Shown one piece after another: positions 1 through 9,140 of a DNA stretch of 64,000 nt. Origin of the DNA: an uncultured Methanosarcinales archaeon (lineage in GTDB: Archaea > Nanobdellota > Nanobdellia > Woesearchaeales > CAZPJY01); the NCBI GenBank assembly GCA_964587045.1, contig CAZPJY010000005.1:183-64182 (forward strand), in the 5' to 3' direction. The stretch's first letter is position 1; the number at the start of each line of letters is the position of its first letter. The translations under genes and the position numbers were made by a program. The notes beneath the pieces are model-generated. The model saw only the letters and a list, made by a program, of their open reading frames with translations. It made no database searches and had not been told where the DNA came from.

Positions 1-1128
1 TGCCTGGGTAGGTCCGGAAGACATCCCGCAGAGCGGTCTTTCCTACAATCAAGAAATTCTCGCCGTCCATCGCATATGGGGTAAGCCACCTGGGAGCGAA
101 GTTGAAGCTGCTCAGGGGGCTGGATGGGTCGTGCTTGATTATGTCAATTTGGTCCTTGTCGGCTTCTGAGAGGTCTTTGTCAGAGAGGGTTATGATCCTA
201 TGGTCCTTCCTGTTCCAGTCGATTTCGATATCGCCCACACGGGAAATGTTATTCTTCACGAATTCCGCATGGTCCATCCCTTCTGTTATCGGCTCGTTGC
301 TGCGGACGATCAGGGAGAGGCGTCCGTTCCTCTCTGCTCCGATGAAATGGTTTTCCATAGAAGTCAGGCTGTCGATCCAGAAGAGCTGTTTTGCCTCCCT
401 TTTGACTATCTCCTCGATGCTTAGAGGAAGATCATCCAGTGATATTTGAGTTGTGCACTGGAGCTGGCCATCTCCCGATTCTATGTACAGGCCGTTGCCG
501 GATTTAATGCTCTCTGCCTTAAGCTTGCTGAAGGCGGTGGAGTTTCTCCTTATTCCTCTCGTCACCCAGGTCATGCGTGGCGCATCGAAAATGTGGAGGA
601 GCCGGTGGGAATTGTCCTTGAAGAGCTCGTAGCTCTTGGCCTGGAGCTCCACATCATCTGTTACATTGTTCATGGCCTGGATTTCCCTGATGCTGTAGCT
701 CTCTGCTATCATTATCAGCTGGGGCTTCAGGTCAGTACTGGGTACGACCTCTGCTTTCAGGATGCCGTCCCTCTTTTGGTCTTCGACGTATTTCCTGAAC
801 GATTCAGGATTGTAGCGCAACCATGAGCTGTAGGTAAGAATCTGGTCGAGTATCTGCTTGCTCTTGCGTTCTTTGTATTCGATTAGGACAGGCGAACCAT
901 CCTGGCCCAGTGCCGCGGTGTCCACGCGTCCGTCGATAGTCTTCTTGAGAACTGTTGAGAGGCTTATCTTCCCGAAGTCGATCCACATCTCGTTTCCTAC
1001 GAAATAACATCCGAATATGGTTTCCAGGTTGTCCGAGACCAGGGTCTGCAGACCTTTCTCTCCCTTACGGAAACGAACTTTTTCGATATAATCAGTTCCC
1101 TGCCCTGAGACCTTCAGCAGTTTCATTT
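1..1128 (-). CDS. PD-(D/E)xK (NucS/DUF91-like) nuclease-family protein, partial (C-terminus beyond left edge); absent from ORF track because it runs off the window
   Basis: Hand translation of minus strand from ATG (rc of cttcagcagtttcat ~1114-1128): MKLLKVSGQGTDYIEKV...IDGRVDTAALGQDGSPVLIEYKERKSKQILDQILTYSSWL = classic D...(I/V)E(Y)K restriction-endonuclease-fold motif; open to position 1; TATA-like catttataaatg ~30 nt upstream. Confidence 0.5.
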
Positions 1129-1199
1129 CGGGATGGAATAACTCCTTCTCATTTATAAATGTTTCTAAAATTTCTTACTGAGAAGTAGTAAAAATATCT

Positions 1200-1781
1200 T
1201 TACCGGTTTTCTTTCTCGTACTTGGCTGCTAGCATGCTCATCCTCTCCAAGTCGCTAAGAGGGATTTCATGTTCGCGGCCTAGGAATGAGGCCAGGTGGA
1301 ACTCGTAGCTCAGGCGGGCTAACTCCTCATCAGAATACATCTCCCTGTACTGCTTCTTCAGATTTGAGAGCAGGTCCATGATTTTGTATTCTTCCATACC
1401 CACTGGCCAGCCCACAAACGCCTTTTTGTTGCTGTTGCTGTAAAGGACTACGGGGTTTGCCGGCGCACGTTCCTTTCCCATGAATGTCTTCGCCAAGTCA
1501 TATATGTCAACATCTATGTTGATTATGCTCTCGACCAAGAGGTATTCCCCCAGCTTCCTTGATATTTTTGTCTGGGCGTTGAGCCAAGGCTTTGGCAAGC
1601 CGAAGCAGCGTTCGTCGATGGACCTGGCGATTGCGAGGCTCAGCACCAGGTATCTCTCACTCATCGTAGGCAGGACCATCTCCTGGAAGGTCTTCTTGAT
1701 GTGATTATCGATCTCTTTTGACTTGCTTTGTAGCTGCACCAAACTGCCTATCGTTAATTTCATAGACTTGGCTCCGAACAC
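1200..1781 (-). CDS. hypothetical protein, immediately upstream partner of the nuclease gene
   Basis: 193-aa ORF with balanced composition, same strand, 70 bp from nuclease start; no recognisable motifs. Confidence 0.45.
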   Translation of the reverse strand: MFGAKSMKLTIGSLVQLQSKSKEIDNHIKKTFQEMVLPTMSERYLVLSLAIARSIDERCFGLPKPWLNAQTKISRKLGEYLLVESIINIDVDIYDLAKTFMGKERAPANPVVLYSNSNKKAFVGWPVGMEEYKIMDLLSNLKKQYREMYSDEELARLSYEFHLASFLGREHEIPLSDLERMSMLAAKYEKENR

Positions 1782-1841
1782 TCTTTATTTAAAGCTTTTC
1801 CTGAAGAAAGGTTTTAATATTTCCAGTTTTACCGCTCCTCT

Positions 1842-2114
1842 ATGAATCCGGAAGATGTCAAGAAATTTTGCCTCGGAACAGGAATGGACACTGATACAGC
1901 TGGTGTGATTACATACATCGCGATGCAAGGCAGTTCGCCGTCGGCGTTATGCTTCAAGAGGATGCCGCTGACTGGCCGTCTACGTGCCTGGCTTGTGGGC
2001 AGGCTTGGGGACGAAACGCTCGAGGAGAACATTAAACGTCTGTACAAGGACTGGGAGTACCTGGGTAAGCACTTGGAAATATATAGGGGTCTGAAGTATT
2101 CTGGAGAGTTTTGA
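1842..2114 (+). CDS. hypothetical small protein
   Basis: 90-aa ORF with protein-like composition; competing antisense ORF 1829..2209 is R/S-rich and less plausible. Confidence 0.3.
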   Translation: MNPEDVKKFCLGTGMDTDTAGVITYIAMQGSSPSALCFKRMPLTGRLRAWLVGRLGDETLEENIKRLYKDWEYLGKHLEIYRGLKYSGEF

Positions 2115-2115
2115 G

Positions 2116-2409
2116 CTATTTGGTGAACTCGGGATTGCCGTAATCTCCTGAGTAGGTCCTGTAGTTGGGGAAAAAGACCTTCCTGGCATCTAGCGCTATG
2201 TAAGTCCATCCGTTCTGGCAGCCTTTAGGTATTACGCCTGAAAAGAACCTTACGTAACCCTTCTTGGTCCTGAGCAGGTTGGCACCGTCAGGTATTTGGA
2301 TTTCGTGCCAGTGGTTGAGTATTCTCTCCTTCCCTATGAACTGCAGCGTATCATCAAGGGCCATCTTTTTTCCTCCTCTGCAAAGCCAACCTGACGAGAA
2401 CTTTCGCAA
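2116..2409 (-). CDS. hypothetical protein (start may be the internal Met, MALDDTLQF)
   Basis: 97-aa ORF, W/H/C-containing globular-looking sequence. Confidence 0.35.
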   Translation of the reverse strand: MRKFSSGWLCRGGKKMALDDTLQFIGKERILNHWHEIQIPDGANLLRTKKGYVRFFSGVIPKGCQNGWTYIALDARKVFFPNYRTYSGDYGNPEFTK

Positions 2410-2547
2410 AGCCTGCAGCCGACCTCACAGCACGACGACTACCATGACAACGAGATTGTTCGCGGTAGCATCACCCATGGGTATGATGATATTCATGATT
2501 TTATTTATTCCTATTGACACAAATCGAGAATAACCGATAGTCGCCAA

Positions 2548-2958
2548 TCATGCAAGGTTGTCAGGTCCGAAGGTTTCGGTTATTACCTCGTAGAGCATCT
2601 TTTTCCTGTATTCGCCTCTGAGATTGGAGGCGAATAGCTCCACATCCCTCGTTTTGCTCGAGAACTCTATGATTGCTTGCAGGCAACCGCCGCAGGGGAA
2701 GGGTCTTTTCTCGTCGTCGGTCACCACTGCTACTGCAACTACCCTGCTGTCTCCGTGCTTTACCATGTCGTCGATGGCCATCCTCTCCGCATGCGTGGTG
2801 ACCTGCACAACTGTCTCGTTGTTTACGCCAGTATACAGGTTGCCCTCCGCGCTGAGGAGCGCCGCTCCTACCTTGTAGTTTGAGTAGGGCGCGTGAGCGT
2901 TATTTCTCACTTCCCTGGCCGCGTTGATCAGGGTCTTGATTGTCGATTCGTCCAGCAT
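2548..2958 (-). CDS. cdd: cytidine deaminase
   Basis: Zinc-ligand motifs HAERMAI (H[AC]E) and PCGGCLQ (PCxxC); start moved to MLDESTIKT by codon arithmetic (3231-273); TTTAAATA box ~25 nt upstream; N-terminal 91 aa of track ORF is non-protein-like. Confidence 0.85.
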   Translation of the reverse strand: MLDESTIKTLINAAREVRNNAHAPYSNYKVGAALLSAEGNLYTGVNNETVVQVTTHAERMAIDDMVKHGDSRVVAVAVVTDDEKRPFPCGGCLQAIIEFSSKTRDVELFASNLRGEYRKKMLYEVITETFGPDNLA

Positions 2959-2978
2959 GGCAAGGCTTCGTTTGAGGT

Positions 2979-2995
2979 TATATTTAAATATTAAC
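2979..2995. promoter_or_regulatory. bidirectional archaeal BRE/TATA element (ttatatttaaatattaa) between cdd and ORF 3022
   Basis: TTTAAATA ~25 nt upstream of cdd ATG (2958, minus) and ~32 nt upstream of ATG 3022 (plus). Confidence 0.4.
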
Positions 2996-3021
2996 ACCAA
3001 CTCGCCGCCCCGGGTGATTGA

Positions 3022-3354
3022 ATGGCTAAGATCAAACTGGATGATTTCGTTCCAAACAGCTTTGAAGAACTTAAAGCAGCACATAGGCTGCTCAACAAGT
3101 ACGCTATAATGCTGGGGGATATAGTTCAGGAGACCAATGACAACATGCATCACGATTTCCTCTCGGTCACAAATGGCGAAACCGAAAAAGTCGAGACGTA
3201 TCTGGAGCAGTACCGGCGGCATGTCGAGCAATACAAAAATAAGTCAGTGTCTTGCCTGTCCGACCTGCTGGTGGAGCTGGTGAGGGTCCAGCAGAGCGTT
3301 GTAAACGGCTTGCATTGCTATGAATACAAAGAAAAAATAAAAGAGAAAATCTAG
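3022..3354 (+). CDS. hypothetical protein
   Basis: 110-aa ORF with TATA box at -32; helical K/E-rich. Confidence 0.4.
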   Translation: MAKIKLDDFVPNSFEELKAAHRLLNKYAIMLGDIVQETNDNMHHDFLSVTNGETEKVETYLEQYRRHVEQYKNKSVSCLSDLLVELVRVQQSVVNGLHCYEYKEKIKEKI

Positions 3355-3695
3355 CCTTTCATTCCGTAGGAGAGCCTCTCTATCTCTTCGTTCTTGTACT
3401 TGTTCTTCAGGAGTCCGATCTCGTTTGCGGCCTCTGGATGGGCTGCAACATAGTCGTCCAACACCCAGGAGGCTGTGTAGGTGCCGCGTCTCTCATTTTC
3501 GATATTGGCGAAGTACGTTGAGTTCTTCGGCAGTTCTATTCCCTCGCGGACCATGCTTTCGATGGCCTGGTTGAGACTATCGAGGTTCTTTTTCTCCTTC
3601 CTTGCCTGTCGGTCTATCTTCCTCTTAGTGTCCCTTTGGTTTAGCCCCTTTTCCACAAGGCTTTCAAGTTCCCGTTTCCTTAGGTTTTCAGTCAT
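3351..3695 (-). CDS. hypothetical basic/charged protein
   Basis: 114-aa ORF, convergent with 3022..3354 and overlapping it by 4 nt. Confidence 0.4.
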   Translation of the reverse strand: MTENLRKRELESLVEKGLNQRDTKRKIDRQARKEKKNLDSLNQAIESMVREGIELPKNSTYFANIENERRGTYTASWVLDDYVAAHPEAANEIGLLKNKYKNEEIERLSYGMKG

Positions 3696-3788
3696 TTTCC
3701 ATCACCTGTGGATTAGGTGGCCAGGCATATATATGAATTATTGGGGTGATATTTCTCACCACATTAATATACTTTTTAGAAATGGTGA

Positions 3789-4289
3789 TTAGGCCTTGCG
3801 GATGAGCTCTGCATAGGTCAGAGGCTCGAGCTTGGCGTTGAGGCCGAGTTCTGATGCTACCAGATGGATGGTGTCTTCGTCGCCTTCTACCTCCACGAAG
3901 GTGCCCAGTCCCTTAACTTCGTCGAGGAAGACCTCTGCAGACCTGTACCTATAGACAGAGCGGTTCTTTTCGTACCTCAGGTGTTCGGTGAGGCCGAAGA
4001 GGTGAAGGATTTTTTGGGTATACTTAGGGACGCGGAACTCGATTTCGACCCTCTTGTGTATGTCTTCGCTCCTGTTCTTGCCCTTGAATGTAAACAGGCT
4101 CAGGGTCTTGTCCCCTTCGGATATGGTCCTGAGACGCACGAGGCGGTCGTTGTTATAGAAGTATTCGCCTTTGCTGTCAAAGATCCTGTTAAGCTCCTTA
4201 TAGGTTCCCAGGTGCTTTCCCTTGCCCGTGAGGATGGCTTTTGCCACCTTCTGAAGGTCGTCTACCCTGTATTTTGCCTCGACTTCCAT
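3789..4289 (-). CDS. CYTH-domain protein (CyaB/thiamine-triphosphatase-like triphosphate tunnel metalloenzyme)
   Basis: N-terminal MEVEAKYRV (ExExK), later FVEVEGD acidic strand motif typical of CYTH; 166 aa; TATA tgtataaaaagg ~22 nt upstream. Confidence 0.65.
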   Translation of the reverse strand: MEVEAKYRVDDLQKVAKAILTGKGKHLGTYKELNRIFDSKGEYFYNNDRLVRLRTISEGDKTLSLFTFKGKNRSEDIHKRVEIEFRVPKYTQKILHLFGLTEHLRYEKNRSVYRYRSAEVFLDEVKGLGTFVEVEGDEDTIHLVASELGLNAKLEPLTYAELIRKA

Positions 4290-4410
4290 CCTTGCAACGG
4301 AAACTTCAGTCCTTTTTATACATTTTCTCCATTAAATAACTACTTAATAGTAGTAAAAAAAGGAAAGATTTATATATGGGTAGAGGCTACCTGCAGTATG
4401 AGGTGATTCA

Positions 4411-4578
4411 ATGCAAGGATATACCAACCCCGGTTTAATTCAAGAAAAACCAGACACGGACAAGATTAAAAAGGTAATGGAAGAGGCAGAAGTGATTTAC
4501 CAGCGCTTTCTGGACCTCAAGAAAGATTATCAGCCCGAATTTCCTCAAGACAGGGAAGACGAGCATCTCTTCATATAG
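4411..4578 (+). CDS. small protein (55 aa), below the 60-aa cutoff of the ORF track
   Basis: ATG preceded by TATA gatttatatatg at ~-30 and GAGGTGA-like SD; followed 12 nt later by next gene. Confidence 0.3.
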   Translation: MQGYTNPGLIQEKPDTDKIKKVMEEAEVIYQRFLDLKKDYQPEFPQDREDEHLFI

Positions 4579-4589
4579 GGTGATAGATA

Positions 4590-5015
4590 ATGACGTGGAA
4601 AAAAATCATTCCATGGGCAGTGGCAGGATTGTCGGTGTTTGCCTTTTTAAAGGGTTGTGACAATGATAATAATGTTGCGGGATACATCAATTCACATGAA
4701 CCAGTGATCGTAACACAAGCAGACAGTCTGCTGCATAGAGTTAGTGATGCTTTAGGGGAACATAACTTCGCCCTATACTCTTTGAATAAACTTCTAGATG
4801 ATCCTGAGCGTTTCGATTCAACAGCCGAAGTGGTAACTAAGGAGCTGAAGAAATATTCGGATGTCACCAAGTCACAGGCGTATATTGAGGCCAAAGAAAA
4901 ATTCGACGATTTCGAAGACAGGGCCAAGAGTGAAAAGGGAACACCTTTGTACGTCTACGCTCTCGCGATTGTGGGACTAGTCGGAGCCGGCGTGATTAAT
5001 GAATTAACCAATTGA
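4590..5015 (+). CDS. membrane protein with N- and C-terminal hydrophobic segments
   Basis: KIIPWAVAGLSVFAFL at N-term and LYVYALAIVGLVGAGVI at C-term. Confidence 0.45.
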   Translation: MTWKKIIPWAVAGLSVFAFLKGCDNDNNVAGYINSHEPVIVTQADSLLHRVSDALGEHNFALYSLNKLLDDPERFDSTAEVVTKELKKYSDVTKSQAYIEAKEKFDDFEDRAKSEKGTPLYVYALAIVGLVGAGVINELTN

Positions 5016-5099
5016 TTTTTCATTCATTCTTCAACATATACAACACCATACCGAAATATTTTTAATAAAGCGTTTTTCTGACTTGTCTTTGGGGGTAAC

Positions 5100-5954
5100 T
5101 TGGTATTCACTTCAAAGATAGCAAAGGAAATCAACGACTTCGTCTACGTCAAGCCTCGGACCGTGCAGGAGATCGCGCTTCTCATCGGCAAGAACTGGCG
5201 CACTGCCAACTCCTATGTGGATAAGATAATCTCTGAGATGGGCACCCTTTCGGTTAGGACCTTTCGGGAAGGGACCCGCGGAGCGCTGAAAATCGTCTAC
5301 TGGAGCAACATCGAGAGGATACACTCGACAGCCTTCCAGGAGAAGCTGATGGGCAAGATCGAGGCAGGCAGGCGGAAGGAGGACTTCAGCCCTTTCGACA
5401 TCTACCAGTACGTCGACACGGGCAAGCGTAACGCCTTCTACGAGTACAGGAAGGACACCAAGCTCACCTCAGGCCAGAACCTCATCCCATTCCTCGAATC
5501 CACAGACAAGCAGCTGCTGGTCTTCTCAGGCAACCTCTCATGGCTCAACCTCACCGAAAAAGACGTTCCGCTGGTCAAGGTCGCCGAGGAGCTGGTGCGG
5601 AGGGGTGTTTCCATAAAGGTCGTCTCAAGGGTCGACATGGCCGGCATGGACAACGTGCAGACCCTCCTTGCCATGAATGAAATCGTCGGAAGGGAGCTCG
5701 TGGAGATCAGGCACGTCGAGCAGCCACTGCGCGGATTCGTGGTCGACACCCGCGAGGCGAGGTTCCGAGAGGAGAAGGCGACCAAGACCTACCGCAAGGG
5801 CGAATTGGCAGGGGACGTCGCCATCTTCTACGAGATATTCGACGAGGAATGGGTCGAGTGGCTCAGGAAGGTCTTCTTCAACATGTTCTCAACAGCCGTG
5901 CCTGCCCAGAAGAGGATATCAGACCTGAGGAGCATCACCGAGCTGGAGAAGTGA
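5100..5954 (+). CDS. winged-helix (TrmB-like N-terminus) domain protein; TTG start with GGGGGT SD
   Basis: N-terminal FVYVKPRTVQEIALLIGKNWRTANSYVDKI looks like a wHTH; 284 aa. Confidence 0.45.
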   Translation: MVFTSKIAKEINDFVYVKPRTVQEIALLIGKNWRTANSYVDKIISEMGTLSVRTFREGTRGALKIVYWSNIERIHSTAFQEKLMGKIEAGRRKEDFSPFDIYQYVDTGKRNAFYEYRKDTKLTSGQNLIPFLESTDKQLLVFSGNLSWLNLTEKDVPLVKVAEELVRRGVSIKVVSRVDMAGMDNVQTLLAMNEIVGRELVEIRHVEQPLRGFVVDTREARFREEKATKTYRKGELAGDVAIFYEIFDEEWVEWLRKVFFNMFSTAVPAQKRISDLRSITELEK

Positions 5955-5956
5955 AA

Positions 5957-6154
5957 TCACTTCCTGGTCACCAACGCGTAAAAGGCATGCCCCTGGCACA
6001 AGTTCGTATCATAAATCGCAGGGTCCTTGCAAAGCCAGCAGGTCCCTTCATATGTCGGGTGGGCAATGAGCTCATGAGCCCTTTGGATTTCATCCTCGTC
6101 CAGGCCCTCGCCGCAGGCGTTCTTCTTCAGCAGATCGATTAATTCTGACATCAA
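5957..6154 (-). CDS. small Cys-containing protein (possible zinc-binding)
   Basis: 65 aa with C...C...CWLC...C. Confidence 0.3.
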   Translation of the reverse strand: MMSELIDLLKKNACGEGLDEDEIQRAHELIAHPTYEGTCWLCKDPAIYDTNLCQGHAFYALVTRK

Positions 6155-6177
6155 GGCAATTAATCGGTGCAGAGGAC

Positions 6178-6672
6178 TTATTTCTTTTTGACCTTTTCAT
6201 AGCCATAGCGTTGCAGTCGCTCCGAGTAAACCGCGAAGGGCTCAAGGCCCATCTCCATGCGCCTTCGTTCCAGATCTTCAGGGTCGTGGATCGCCCATGG
6301 CACGTACTGCCCTTCCACGTCGGTGCGGAACTGGGTGCCATAGAGCTGCGGCTGCCCCCTGTTCATCCTCACCCTGTCCTCCAGGAAGGCTATATGCAGC
6401 TTCCTCTGCCTGTTTCCCTTCTGCTCCTTCAGCAGCCTGAGGCATCTTTCCTGGAGCTCCGGGTCATGATCGGCGTGCTGTGCGATGAGCCAGGCGGCGA
6501 ATTCGGCATCCGAGCCGTACTCCTCAAGGCACGGCCAACCATGGTTGGATAGGATAATGGCAAGGTTCTCAGCGTTCTTTCTCGCCACCTCTCCGAAATG
6601 AGGCTTATTGACTGCTTCCTGGTCCTGCCTGCTCAGGAATAGGAGGACATCGCGGAGGCTGGGTCCTGCCAT
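6178..6672 (-). CDS. conserved hypothetical protein
   Basis: 164-aa ORF; WLIAQHADHDPELQ motif; plausible composition. Confidence 0.45.
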   Translation of the reverse strand: MAGPSLRDVLLFLSRQDQEAVNKPHFGEVARKNAENLAIILSNHGWPCLEEYGSDAEFAAWLIAQHADHDPELQERCLRLLKEQKGNRQRKLHIAFLEDRVRMNRGQPQLYGTQFRTDVEGQYVPWAIHDPEDLERRRMEMGLEPFAVYSERLQRYGYEKVKKK

Positions 6673-6702
6673 GATGAATGAAATGTCTAGAAAGAATAAA
6701 AA

Positions 6703-7611
6703 CTAATCGAATTCGACCACTGAGAGGGGATGGTCTGAGTGCCGGACCTCGGTTATCGATCCCCGGTTGAACTCAAACGCCCTGCCGCGGGGGTGCAGCC
6801 TCTTCGCCCCGTCGAACGACGCCCATCCTGTCTCGATCATGTAGCTCTGGACCCTGAGGACCTCGCCAGGCCTGATGATTCCGAACCTCACCTCAGGCTC
6901 GTAAGTCCCCATCCTCTTGGGTGATACCAGCCTGAACCTCAGATTTTCCTTGTCTTCCGAGCTGAAACGCGCCTCTTGTGGCAGGTTGTAGTTGTTGTTG
7001 TACCACCCTTCCTGTCCGTCATAGGTCGATACCAGGACGCCGCTTGCCCCCTGCCTCTTGGTCCACATGCTACCGTATTCGATCCTGTGCCTGAAGTAGC
7101 CTGTGGAGAGCATGTCCCCCAGGTAGAGGTCGTTGGTCGCGACGTCTGCCTTAGATCCGTTGCCCATCACCTTGCCCTCTATCCTGACTTTCTCGCTGGT
7201 CCTGTACTTGCCTGCGACGAAATCCTCGAAGCGCGGCAGGTAGTCGTCGAAGCTGAGCTTCATATGGCCGCCTTCGGAATCGGGGGACGCCCTGATCCCG
7301 AGGACAGGGAGCTTATCGTGGATAAAGCACGCAGTGCCGAAGTAGGTGCCGTCGCCTCCCACCACCACGACTGCGCTCCTGTCTTTGAAGTGCTCTTGGG
7401 TGAGGTTCTCTCTCAGAACCATCTCAAAAGGGACTTGGTTCTTTGATAGGACATCTTCGATTCCATCAAGGGTGGAATAATGCTTATCGTGGCATGCGAG
7501 CATGAAGTCGTAGTCCTCCTGGCTGGCACGGACTGCTTTTTCCACGTTGTACTTGATGCAGTCCTGGTAGTATTCCAGCTGCGATTTCTTAGTCACTATG
7601 AGGACGCTCAT
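6703..7611 (-). CDS. nadK: NAD+ kinase
   Basis: VVVVGGDGTYF (GGDG motif), NDLYLGDM; start moved to MSVLIVTKK (7683-72); overlaps upstream gene end. Confidence 0.85.
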   Translation of the reverse strand: MSVLIVTKKSQLEYYQDCIKYNVEKAVRASQEDYDFMLACHDKHYSTLDGIEDVLSKNQVPFEMVLRENLTQEHFKDRSAVVVVGGDGTYFGTACFIHDKLPVLGIRASPDSEGGHMKLSFDDYLPRFEDFVAGKYRTSEKVRIEGKVMGNGSKADVATNDLYLGDMLSTGYFRHRIEYGSMWTKRQGASGVLVSTYDGQEGWYNNNYNLPQEARFSSEDKENLRFRLVSPKRMGTYEPEVRFGIIRPGEVLRVQSYMIETGWASFDGAKRLHPRGRAFEFNRGSITEVRHSDHPLSVVEFD

Positions 7612-8548
7612 TCCTCCACCTCTCATAATCCTTGAGTATCCTTGGGTGGTCCACGAATGCGAACTCGTTGGGGTAGTCTTCAACCTTGAATACGCGTGAG
7701 TTCTTGGCGTCGTCTCCCCAACCGATCTCCTGCTCAGTCCTCCCGATGAAGGTGTGCGTGACGATGTGCCACCTCGGATCCCTTTTTGGGTCGTCGTAGT
7801 AGCCGAGGTAGTCTGTTATTTCGACGTCTACCTTGAGCTCCTCAGACATCTCCTTCACCGCATTCTCCTTGAGCGTTAGCCCGTAGTCGAGCATCCCGCC
7901 TGGGATGGCCCAGCCGTACGGCGAGTGTTTCCTCTCGATGAGGGCGATTCCCCGGAACTCGCCCCTGTCGTAGACCTCGACGATGCAGTCCGTTGCCATC
8001 CGGGGATGTTTCTTCTTCATGAGCATACCACCTCTCTTGTCAAGCATCTCAAGCGATATGAGCCTTTCCCTTGCTCCGATTTCATCGAGGTAAGCGATGA
8101 CCTTGGAGTCGAGCACGCCATCCAGGGGTTCGCAGTCGATTATCATCTTCCTGATCCTGGTCGCGGATACGCCAGGGATGGTAGGGAATCTTTCGATGCG
8201 CACGCCGAGCCTCGCGATCTCCTCGGCCTCTCTTTGATTGTTGGTGAAGTATACATCTGGCTTGAGCTGGCTCACGACCCGACTTGCCCAATACTGGATG
8301 TCATGCACATCCTCAACAGGCTGTATCTCGACGCTGTCGCCGAGCACAAGCCTTATCATCCTCTCCCTTTCAAGGTACGTGAAAGGGTCGGCTACCCATG
8401 GCTTTGAGGGATGCTTGTGCACGTGGTTGTACTGGGCGCTCCCTATGCCTATTACCAGGTCGTCGATTCCCCAGCTCCTGATATGCTTGATCACACCCTC
8501 ATGGTGTAGTCCGAACGGGTTGAACCTCCCCAGGTACGCTCCTCTCAC
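7589..8548 (-). CDS. bifunctional NMN adenylyltransferase (NadM-like, degenerate HxGH) fused to Nudix hydrolase (ADP-ribose pyrophosphatase-like)
   Basis: GRFNPFGLHHEG and VSATRIR (ISxTxxR) NMNAT motifs, then Nudix box GGMLDYGLTLKENAVKEMSEELKV. GTG start overlaps the nadM TGA (GTGA); the first ~88 aa of the track ORF are R-rich non-protein-like. Confidence 0.75.
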   Translation of the reverse strand: MRGAYLGRFNPFGLHHEGVIKHIRSWGIDDLVIGIGSAQYNHVHKHPSKPWVADPFTYLERERMIRLVLGDSVEIQPVEDVHDIQYWASRVVSQLKPDVYFTNNQREAEEIARLGVRIERFPTIPGVSATRIRKMIIDCEPLDGVLDSKVIAYLDEIGARERLISLEMLDKRGGMLMKKKHPRMATDCIVEVYDRGEFRGIALIERKHSPYGWAIPGGMLDYGLTLKENAVKEMSEELKVDVEITDYLGYYDDPKRDPRWHIVTHTFIGRTEQEIGWGDDAKNSRVFKVEDYPNEFAFVDHPRILKDYERWRNERPHSD

Positions 8549-9117
8549 AAGCCATCCCTCCGGGCCAGTTCCTTGAGCCTGTACTCTGCGTTGATGCTGT
8601 CCCATACTTTCAGGGTGCCTTCCGGCAGGTACTGGCGGTAGTCGCCTCCGCTTAGAGCAAGGTTCCTTATTTTCGTCCCGCTCATCAAGCGCTTCTCCTC
8701 GTCGATCCCTCTCACTTCGATATTGTCGTTGGAGGCCAGCATCCGCACGACAGTGTTGCCGGCGTATATGACGTGGAAGGGAGGCATGATGGCCTTCACG
8801 TAGGGGAACCATTTGGAGTAATCATGAACGTCCCATACGGGCAAAATCGCCACAGGCTTGACAATCCCTTCAATGCTGGATCTTATCATCATTTGCCTTT
8901 CCTCCAGGGTGAACGGGTTATGCAGCCATCCGGCCTCAGGGCTCCTGCGATTCAGGTCGTACTGCGCAGAGCCAATGCCTATTATTATCTCATCGATATC
9001 TGGCGAGCGGTCCATCAACTTAATCATCATGAGATGCCCCTTGTGGAAGGGCTGAAATCTGCCTATGAATAATCCGCGCCTGGCGTCTGGCCTGTAGTAG
9101 ACTTTCAATACGTCCAT
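8545..9117 (-). CDS. nadM: nicotinamide-nucleotide adenylyltransferase, archaeal type
   Basis: GRFQPFHKGHL and SGTKIR motifs. Confidence 0.85.
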   Translation of the reverse strand: MDVLKVYYRPDARRGLFIGRFQPFHKGHLMMIKLMDRSPDIDEIIIGIGSAQYDLNRRSPEAGWLHNPFTLEERQMMIRSSIEGIVKPVAILPVWDVHDYSKWFPYVKAIMPPFHVIYAGNTVVRMLASNDNIEVRGIDEEKRLMSGTKIRNLALSGGDYRQYLPEGTLKVWDSINAEYRLKELARRDGL

Positions 9118-9140
9118 CCTCCGCCGGAATTAGCGGCTTC

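Noticed and set aside
1829-2209. 126-aa minus-strand ORF
   Set aside because: R/S-rich, overlaps the more protein-like plus ORF 1842..2114. Neither is strongly supported.
6976-8407. Plus-strand ORFs 6976..7446 and 7925..8407
   Set aside because: Antisense to nadK and nadM-Nudix, which carry clear catalytic motifs.
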